Shown: positions 57,821 through 64,000 of the stretch, one piece after another
How the letters are laid out: every line of letters starts with the position of its first letter
Numbering within the stretch: position 1 is the first letter of the stretch
Assembly (NCBI GenBank): GCA_045578385.1
Contig: JAZNKD010000005.1
Location: 11,159 to 75,158 of the forward strand
Reading direction: 5' to 3'
DNA length: 64,000 bases
From: Eubacteriales bacterium
GTDB lineage: Bacteria; Bacillota; Clostridia; Oscillospirales; CAG-272
Position numbers and translations under genes: made by a program
The notes under the pieces: model-generated
Told to the model about the DNA's origin: nothing
Databases searched by the model: none
What the model saw: the letters and a program-made list of their open reading frames with translations, nothing else

Positions 57821-58804
57821 ATGATTGATGAGAACTTAATATTTTACTTATTGACGTTCGTTCTTGCTTTTTTTATAACCGCGGTAAGCGTCAGGAATCT
57901 TATTCCTAAACTAAAAAAGAGCGCCGAGCAGCCTATATACGAAGAAGGACCGTCATGGCACTTAAAAAAACAAGGTACTCCAACGATGGGAGGCCTGGCT
58001 TTTATTTTTGCGTTATCCATTTCTTTTTTCGTTGCTTCTCTATATCTTTTTGCAAAAAAGGAATACTATTTTGCAACTTCCCTGCTTCTTACACTTTTAT
58101 ACACTTTGTCTAATTCCTTAATTGGCATAATCGACGATTACGCAAAGATAAGGAAGAAAGAGAATGCAGGTCTTTCACCTTTACAAAAATTATTGCTTCA
58201 AGCAATCTGTGCAACTCTGTTCCTGCTGGCAAGAAAAGTATTTCTTTTATCATCAACTACTATAATTTTCAGTTTCGGTACGGTTGACCTTGGAATATTC
58301 TATTATCCGTTGACGCTTTTGATGTTACTCGGAACCGTCAATTCGGCAAATCTCACTGACGGGGTCGACGGTATAGCCTCGGGCGTAGCATTTGCAATAG
58401 GAATAAGTCTTGCATTTCTCTCGGCAGCTGTAAACTATGAGGTAAGCTTTATTGCTTTTTCCCTCATGGGAATAGCCACGGCTTTTTTAATATTCAATCT
58501 TCACCCCGCTAAAATATTTATGGGCGATACCGGCTCATTATTATTTGGCTCTTTAGCCGCTGCAGCTTGCACGTCTTTTGGAAATCCGTTTCTCATTTTA
58601 TTCGTAGGCAGTGTATATCTTATCGAAAGTATATCTGTTATATTGCAAGTTTTATTCTTTAAGCTTACGCGTAAAAGAATTTTTAAAATGGCACCGTTTC
58701 ACCATCACCTTGAAAAATGCGGTTGGTCGGAAAATAAAATCGTTATCTGGGCGATTATCCTTACCCTCATATTCTCTATTCCGGCCGGCTTCTTATTTAT
58801 GTAA
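57821..58804 (+). CDS. mraY: Phospho-N-acetylmuramoyl-pentapeptide transferase
   Basis: Motifs present are PTMGG, NLTDGVDG, MGDTGSL and APFHHH. Confidence 0.95.
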   Translation: MIDENLIFYLLTFVLAFFITAVSVRNLIPKLKKSAEQPIYEEGPSWHLKKQGTPTMGGLAFIFALSISFFVASLYLFAKKEYYFATSLLLTLLYTLSNSLIGIIDDYAKIRKKENAGLSPLQKLLLQAICATLFLLARKVFLLSSTTIIFSFGTVDLGIFYYPLTLLMLLGTVNSANLTDGVDGIASGVAFAIGISLAFLSAAVNYEVSFIAFSLMGIATAFLIFNLHPAKIFMGDTGSLLFGSLAAAACTSFGNPFLILFVGSVYLIESISVILQVLFFKLTRKRIFKMAPFHHHLEKCGWSENKIVIWAIILTLIFSIPAGFLFM

Positions 58805-58808
58805 ATAA

Positions 58809-59978
58809 ATGAAAAAAAATTTTAAATTCAATTCCTTAAAAAATGAAATTTTTATTAAAGAAAAACTTCCTTGCTTTGATATTCCGTTCTTCTTTTTAAC
58901 CCTTTCGCTTTCGTTATTTGGAAGTCTTATGGTGTTCTCTGCAGGCAGCGCTTATGCCGAATTCAGATATAACGATGCATTTTTCTTTACAAAAAGGCAA
59001 ATTATATGGCTGATTTTAGGTGTTTGTATTATGCTTTTAGCATCTAGAATCAACCCCGAATTCTATATGAAGATAACACCGATTCTTTACGTGAGCACAC
59101 TCGTATTACTGCTACTCGTTCTTGCCATAGGATTTGTCGGAAACGGAGCTCAACGTTGGATAAGTATAGGTCCGTTGACAATTCAACCCTCGGAAATCGC
59201 AAAAATGACTATCGTAATGATGCTCGCATATTATTTTTCAAAGTACGATAATCTTGCGCTTGACCGAAAAAACAAAAAGAATGCCTTCGTATACGGAACT
59301 CTCGTTCCTTGTCTCATTATGGGAGTTCCGATTATTCTCGTAATGCTGCAAAAGCATCTTTCTTGTATTATTATTCTGGGTATTATCGGCTTGCTTGTTA
59401 TTGTTGTATCCGGAATTGATACAAAATACATAGCAGGCTTTAGCGCATTGGGCGGAATAGGAGTTACCTGCTTTGCTCTTTTTACCGATTATACCAAAGA
59501 CCGAATTACAGTGTGGCAGGATCCTGAAAAATACAGACTTACGGGTGGTTGGCAAACACTCCAGGGTCTTATGGCAATCGGCTCAGGCGGACTTTTCGGA
59601 TTAGGATACGGAAAGTCACTTTTGAAATTCTGTTACGTATCAGAGCCGGCAAACGATATGATATTTGCCATACTTTGCGAGGAACTGGGGTTTGCCGGAG
59701 CTGCTTTAGCTTTACTGATGTTTGCTTTGCTTATTGCAAGAGGATATAAGATCTCCCTTTCTGCAAATAACGTTTTTCAAAGATTGGTTATATTCGGTAT
59801 ATGCACAAAAATAGCTGTTCAGACGCTGCTGAACGTTGCTGTCGTTACAAATACAATACCTAATACAGGAATATCTTTGCCGTTTTTTAGTTACGGCGGA
59901 TCATCGCTTCTGATGCTTTTTTTTGAAATCGGAATGATACTGTCATTCTCAAGATACTCGAAAATTTTAAAACAATAA
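58809..59978 (+). CDS. ftsW: SEDS-family peptidoglycan polymerase (FtsW/SpoVE)
   Basis: The product has 10-TM SEDS topology and a conserved loop (GAQRWISIGPLTIQPSE; PNTGISLPFFSYGGSS). Confidence 0.9.
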   Translation: MKKNFKFNSLKNEIFIKEKLPCFDIPFFFLTLSLSLFGSLMVFSAGSAYAEFRYNDAFFFTKRQIIWLILGVCIMLLASRINPEFYMKITPILYVSTLVLLLLVLAIGFVGNGAQRWISIGPLTIQPSEIAKMTIVMMLAYYFSKYDNLALDRKNKKNAFVYGTLVPCLIMGVPIILVMLQKHLSCIIILGIIGLLVIVVSGIDTKYIAGFSALGGIGVTCFALFTDYTKDRITVWQDPEKYRLTGGWQTLQGLMAIGSGGLFGLGYGKSLLKFCYVSEPANDMIFAILCEELGFAGAALALLMFALLIARGYKISLSANNVFQRLVIFGICTKIAVQTLLNVAVVTNTIPNTGISLPFFSYGGSSLLMLFFEIGMILSFSRYSKILKQ

Positions 59979-60008
59979 CCTAAAAGTGCAAATCGGAAAG
60001 GTATTTAT

Positions 60009-61121
60009 ATGAGAATCCTTTTTTGCGGAGGCGGTACCGGCGGGCATATAACCCCCTCACTCGCTATTGCCGAAGAATTTAAAAAACAATACAAAGATTG
60101 CGAAATCGCATTTATAGGAAGAAACAACGGAAATGAAAATAAGCTTATCACCAATAAGAATTATCCGCTTTACGAAATAGAAATAAGCGGGTTTTCAAGA
60201 AGTATCTCTATTAAAAATCTAAAAACCATTAACCTTTTTATTAAAGCCAAAAACAAGGTAAAACAAATATTAAATAAATATAACCCTGATGTAGTAATAG
60301 GTACGGGCGGCTACGTTTGCGCGCCCGTCATCTATGCTGCGAAAAAATTAAAAATTCCAACGGTCCTCCATGAATCAAACGCATCATTCGGACTGACAAC
60401 AAGATTGATGGCAAAAAAATGCGATATTCTGATGCTTGGCGCAAATGTAAAAACAAAATACAAAAATACCGTGTATACAGGAAATCCTGTATCGGAGAAC
60501 TTCGGAAAATTATCAAAAAGCGAAGCCAAAGCAAAGCTTGGTCTCAAAAGAACAGATAAATTAATTTTGTCAGTCGGCGGTAGCATAGGCGCAGAAAAGT
60601 TAAATGAAGCAGTAATAGATTTTATGTACCGCTATGCCTACAACGCTCCAAGACTGTATCACATACACAGCGCAGGAAAGCGTTACTACGATGGAATAAA
60701 TAAAGAGCATCCCGATCTTTGCAAGGAAGACGGTAAAATTAAAATTATTCCGTTTATATACGATATGCCCACTTATCTCTCAGCGGCAGATATTGTAATT
60801 TGCAGATGCGGTGCTATGACTCTTGCCGAAGTTTCAAGAACGGGTTGCCCTGCAATTATGATACCCTCGCCAAACGTTACCGGCAATCATCAAATGAAGA
60901 ATGCTCTATATTACAAATCAAATGGCGCAGGAGAAATTCTGGAGGAAAAGGAGTTGAATACGGACAGCCTCACAGCGCTGATAAAGTCTATGCTTCAGAA
61001 TGAAAAAGGCCTCGCTGATATGTCATTATCTTCAAAAAAGCTTTATAATAAGGATTCAAAATCGAAAATAGTTGAACTTATAATGAATTTACTAAAGTCT
61101 CGCAATAATTTCGTTATATAG
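60009..61121 (+). CDS. murG: Undecaprenyldiphospho-muramoylpentapeptide beta-N-acetylglucosaminyltransferase
   Basis: The product carries GGGTGGHITP and a C-terminal GAMTLAE motif. Confidence 0.95.
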   Translation: MRILFCGGGTGGHITPSLAIAEEFKKQYKDCEIAFIGRNNGNENKLITNKNYPLYEIEISGFSRSISIKNLKTINLFIKAKNKVKQILNKYNPDVVIGTGGYVCAPVIYAAKKLKIPTVLHESNASFGLTTRLMAKKCDILMLGANVKTKYKNTVYTGNPVSENFGKLSKSEAKAKLGLKRTDKLILSVGGSIGAEKLNEAVIDFMYRYAYNAPRLYHIHSAGKRYYDGINKEHPDLCKEDGKIKIIPFIYDMPTYLSAADIVICRCGAMTLAEVSRTGCPAIMIPSPNVTGNHQMKNALYYKSNGAGEILEEKELNTDSLTALIKSMLQNEKGLADMSLSSKKLYNKDSKSKIVELIMNLLKSRNNFVI

Positions 61122-61165
61122 ATTGTTAACTTTTTGTGAACAATCTAACATTTTTTAAAAAACTA

Positions 61166-61194
61166 TTGCAATTATAAGAAAAAAAATATAAAAT
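61166..61194 (+). promoter_or_regulatory. Possible sigma-A promoter for ftsZ
   Basis: The -35 is TTGCAA (61166-71), followed by a 17-nt spacer and a -10 of TAAAAT (61189-94). The surrounding DNA is AT-rich, so a chance match is plausible. Confidence 0.35.
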
Positions 61195-61250
61195 ATTTAT
61201 ATAACTTTAACTTTAGCATATGTTCATTAAAATATAAGGAGTGCTGCATT

Positions 61251-62549
61251 ATGGAATTCGATTTTGATACAAGCTATGAAAGCAATGTAAATATAAAAGT
61301 AGTCGGCGTCGGCGGCGGTGGAAATAACGCCGTAAAACGTATGATAGAAACAAATATCAGAGGCGTTGAATTTATCGCTATAAACACAGACCGCCAGGCT
61401 CTTGTTGAGTCTTGTGCCGCAAAGAAGCTCGTTATCGGTAAAAACACTACCGGCGGCAAAGGCGCAGGCGCAAATCCGGCTGTTGGTAAACAGAGTGCCG
61501 AGGAATCCAAAGAAGAAATAAAAGAACTTATCTCCGGTGCGGACATGCTATTTATTACGGCAGGTATGGGCGGCGGAACAGGAACCGGCGCAGCCCCCGT
61601 AGTTGCAAAGCTTTCGCGTGAGATGGGTATTCTTACCGTTGGTATTGTAACCACGCCCTTTGATTTTGAAGGCAGAAGAAGAATGGCACAGGCTCAGGCG
61701 GGAATAGAAGAACTTGCAAAGTCTGTTGACTCTCTTATCGTAATTCCCAACGAGAGATTGAAGCAGCTTGAAGGCGAAGAAAATCTCAGAGCAGATGCGG
61801 CTTTTGAAATTGCAGATGACGTTCTCCGTAAGGGTGTTCAGTCTGTATCTGACGTTATCAACTTCCCCGGATTTGTAAATCTGGACTTTGCCGACGTGAC
61901 GACAATTATGAAAAATGCAGGTTGCGCTCATATGGGTGTAGGTTATGCAAAGGGTGAGGATAAGGCAAGACTTGCGGCTACTATGGCTATCAATTCTTCT
62001 CTTCTTTCCACCAGCATCACCGGTGCTACCGGTGTGCTTATCAGCATTACAGCATCTACCGATATTCAGCTTAGTGAAATTGACCTTGCTGCAACTATGG
62101 TTCAGGAAGAAGCTCATCCCGACGCAAATATAATTTGGGGTACTTCATTCGATGAAACTATGAATAATGAAATTCGCATAACAATTATTGCAACAGGATT
62201 TAATAACTCGAATGAAACCATAGCGGCAAAGGATGAAAAGAATACTGTTGAGCAAAGCTCTCCCACCGTAGCTATTCCGGAAATTCCTGCGCCCGTTGTT
62301 AAGACTGTGGTTCCTCCCGTTTATACCCCTACATATGCAGAACCGTCAGTTGCTCCCAAATCCACCGTTTCGGCAGATACGTTCAGCGTGTCCGACAGTG
62401 ATCCTTTCGCTACCGATTTTGCAGTTGAAGCTCCTGCTGCATCCGCTTCCGAGCCTGTAACCGAAACTCCTGCGCGCTCCGATGCTACCGATTCTTATCA
62501 GGAATACGATCAACTCTTTACCTGTATCAAGAGAATGAAAAAGAAATAA
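61251..62549 (+). CDS. ftsZ: Cell division protein FtsZ
   Basis: The product has GVGGGGNNA, the tubulin signature [11 protein letters not shown], a long Pro/Ala/Thr linker and a basic C-terminal peptide. Confidence 0.97.
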   Translation: MEFDFDTSYESNVNIKVVGVGGGGNNAVKRMIETNIRGVEFIAINTDRQALVESCAAKKLVIGKNTTGGKGAGANPAVGKQSAEESKEEIKELISGADMLFITAGMGGGTGTGAAPVVAKLSREMGILTVGIVTTPFDFEGRRRMAQAQAGIEELAKSVDSLIVIPNERLKQLEGEENLRADAAFEIADDVLRKGVQSVSDVINFPGFVNLDFADVTTIMKNAGCAHMGVGYAKGEDKARLAATMAINSSLLSTSITGATGVLISITASTDIQLSEIDLAATMVQEEAHPDANIIWGTSFDETMNNEIRITIIATGFNNSNETIAAKDEKNTVEQSSPTVAIPEIPAPVVKTVVPPVYTPTYAEPSVAPKSTVSADTFSVSDSDPFATDFAVEAPAASASEPVTETPARSDATDSYQEYDQLFTCIKRMKKK

Positions 62550-62565
62550 TAAATACATAAACCAT

Positions 62566-62663
62566 AAAAACAGATTTCGAAAAATAAAATCAAGCTCAAT
62601 TCCATCGGGAAAATATCTCCATTGTATCAAGCTCACGATTTTGGTTTTTCGGAATCTGTTTTT
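62566..62663 (+). repeat. Long inverted repeat (19-bp stem, 60-nt loop) directly after ftsZ
   Basis: The arm aaaaacagatttcgaaaaa (62566-84) pairs with tttttcggaatctgttttt (62645-63) with one G-U pair. The loop contains atcaagctca twice (62589-98 and 62626-35). A T-run follows the repeat. Confidence 0.5.
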
Positions 62664-63037
62664 TATAATTAAAAGTTTTCCACATTCATAATCAACAAAA
62701 TGAATATATGTTTTTAACTAACATTTCCACAATGTGAATTTATGTAAAGTATGTTTTTTTGCATTTTGAAAGTTAAAACAGACGTTTTAACCTAATAAAT
62801 AACGGAATTGTGTAGTTTTTGTGTGGACGCAAAAACTGCGCCGTTGTGGATAATCATTTGAATCAACAGCATTCCACCGGAGAAAAAGGTTAAAACGGAA
62901 AAGTGTATTATGTATTTTTCTCATTTCTTATGCATTTTCGCGAGTGAACATCCAAGATAATTTCCGTAATCAATAAGCTTTGTTTTTATTCAAACAATAC
63001 TTCCATTCCCGTTATCAACGACGTCGAAAAATAAAAA

Positions 63038-63080
63038 CTCGGGATTTCAATAGGATTTATTCATCCTAAAATATCCCGAG
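63038..63080. terminator. Bidirectional intrinsic terminator serving the minus-strand mreB-like operon and closing the non-coding gap
   Basis: The outer stem ctcgggat (63038-45) pairs with atcccgag (63073-80) and is flanked by A5 and T5. A nested stem aggat/atcct (63052-56 and 63063-67) lies inside it. Confidence 0.65.
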
Positions 63081-63101
63081 TTTTTATTGTTTTTTTAACC
63101 G

Positions 63102-63224
63102 TTAATTCAAATAGAGAAGCAATCCGAAAACAACACCGGCGAGAAGAAGCGCCGCCATAGCACCTGCAATTATTCTTGCATAAAGCGGTGCCAACTTTTT
63201 TTCAACTTTCTTTTCGTTTTTCAT
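63102..63224 (-). CDS. Unannotated 40-aa single-pass membrane protein
   Basis: An AGAGGAG Shine-Dalgarno sequence lies 6 nt before the ATG (63224). The product is MKNEKKVEKKLAPLYARIIAGAMAALLLAGVVFGLLLYLN and ends at TAA. The ORF starts 14 nt after the mreB-like stop and is followed by the terminator. It is below the 60-aa cutoff of the ORF track. Confidence 0.5.
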   Translation of the reverse strand: MKNEKKVEKKLAPLYARIIAGAMAALLLAGVVFGLLLYLN

Positions 63225-63238
63225 TTTATTCTCCTCTG

Positions 63239-64000
63239 TTATTTCTTATTATTCGATCTGTAATATTTTGCGAGCTGCAAGGTAATATTTTTGCCGTTGC
63301 TACGCATTTTGATCGGCAGGAAGGTATTTATTAATGAAAGACCTCTTACAACGCAGTCAGCAGGGTTATTTGCCGTCGTGACACTAACGCCCAAAACCTT
63401 TGAGATCATTTTGTCAAGACCGTATAACTGAGCACCGCCGCCGCTGAGGACTATACCGTTAGCAAAAATCTCCTCGACGTAATCTATCGGAATTCCCTTC
63501 ACCGCATTTGCAACTGCGTTAAGCAATGTAAACAGCGGCTTCTCAAACACTCCCAAAATATCCTCTGAAGATACTGACATTTTAATTTTATTTCCGGTAA
63601 GAGCAAGAGTTCCGGTTATTGTGATAGGATCAGCGTTCCTACCGTCCCATACCGCACCGATGCCTTCCTTTATTGCTTTAGCATCAATAAGCGATATATT
63701 CAATTCACCCTGCTCAAGTATGTATCTCTGAACCGCTTCATCAAACGCCTCGCCTCCGATATCAGCCGTCTCGGAATGAATTATCTCGCCTTGATAAAGA
63801 ATCGCTATCTCCGTCTTTGCCGCGCCTACGTTAACAGATACGGCACTTATTGTCGGAGCATAGCCTGCACCGATAAGAGCAGCAACGCCTCTTTTTACAA
63901 AGAAGCACTCCTTAACTCCCGAATCCAATACCATAGAGGAAAGCTCACTTTCCTGCTTTGAATTAAACTCAGACGGAACACCTACAATACAACGTATATC
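63239..64000 (-). CDS. MreB/Mbl-family actin-like protein, divergent paralog, 5' end outside the window
   Basis: The frame stays open to base 64000 (..DIRCIVGVPSEFNSKQESELSS-MVLDSG..). The product aligns by eye with MreB (GVPS, AALIGAG, GIVLSGGGAQLYGLDKMISKVLGVSV, NPADCVVRG). Confidence 0.8.
   Translation of the reverse strand, partial: DIRCIVGVPSEFNSKQESELSSMVLDSGVKECFFVKRGVAALIGAGYAPTISAVSVNVGAAKTEIAILYQGEIIHSETADIGGEAFDEAVQRYILEQGELNISLIDAKAIKEGIGAVWDGRNADPITITGTLALTGNKIKMSVSSEDILGVFEKPLFTLLNAVANAVKGIPIDYVEEIFANGIVLSGGGAQLYGLDKMISKVLGVSVTTANNPADCVVRGLSLINTFLPIKMRSNGKNITLQLAKYYRSNNKK

Noticed and set aside
62676-62853. The DnaA-box cluster could mark the chromosomal origin (oriC).
   Set aside because: No dnaA, dnaN or rpmH gene is nearby. 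There is only one perfect box and two imperfect ones, and I could not define a clear AT-rich unwinding repeat set. A secondary DnaA-binding cluster or chance is more likely.

Overview
The window is an AT-rich, gene-dense stretch of core chromosome from a Firmicutes/Clostridia-type bacterium that is probably a spore former. That assignment rests on yabP-yabQ, SpoVB/SpoVD/SpoVE-like genes, GlgD and the clostridial IspH-S1 fusion. I call about 55 protein genes and see no rRNA, tRNA, CRISPR array, transposase, integrase or phage gene. Gene content from left to right:
- aroK, then a glycogen operon (glgB-glgC-glgD-glgA-glgP plus a GH13 enzyme), all on the minus strand.
- A flippase-hup-S4-yabP-yabQ block.
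- recJ-relA-dtd-hemZ-like.
- cdaA plus an FAD protein.
- A Crp-family regulator with a NitT/TauT-type ABC transporter.
- An orphan histidine kinase overlapping dinB.
- gltX, then rpiR-FAD-(cmk/plsC fusion)-(ispH/rpsA fusion)-mgsA.
- A Nudix gene, a DUF45 gene and a PBP1A gene.
- ruvC-methyltransferase-ecfA1-ecfA2-ecfT-truA.
- DUF951-ruvA-ruvB.
- rpe and ispD-ispF.
- A dcw cluster: mraZ-rsmH-X-pbp2B-murE-murF-mraY-ftsW-murG-ftsZ.
- A 0.55 kb non-coding gap, a 40-codon membrane ORF and a truncated divergent mreB paralog.

I did not find a convincing novel multi-gene system, such as a defence island or a cluster of unknown genes. The region looks ordinary. The items worth a second look are local oddities:
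- A cmk-plsC fusion joined exactly at an A10 run.
- A CdaA with a CdaR-anchor-like tail and no cdaR.
- A histidine kinase coupled to dinB through a TTGA overlap.
- Shine-Dalgarno-sequestering terminator-like hairpins directly in front of both PBP genes.
- A phased MraZ-type operator.
- A stripped-down dcw cluster.
- The motif-rich non-coding gap after ftsZ.
- An unannotated small ORF behind a degenerate MreB paralog.

All protein identifications come from motifs I recognise by eye, not from database searches.
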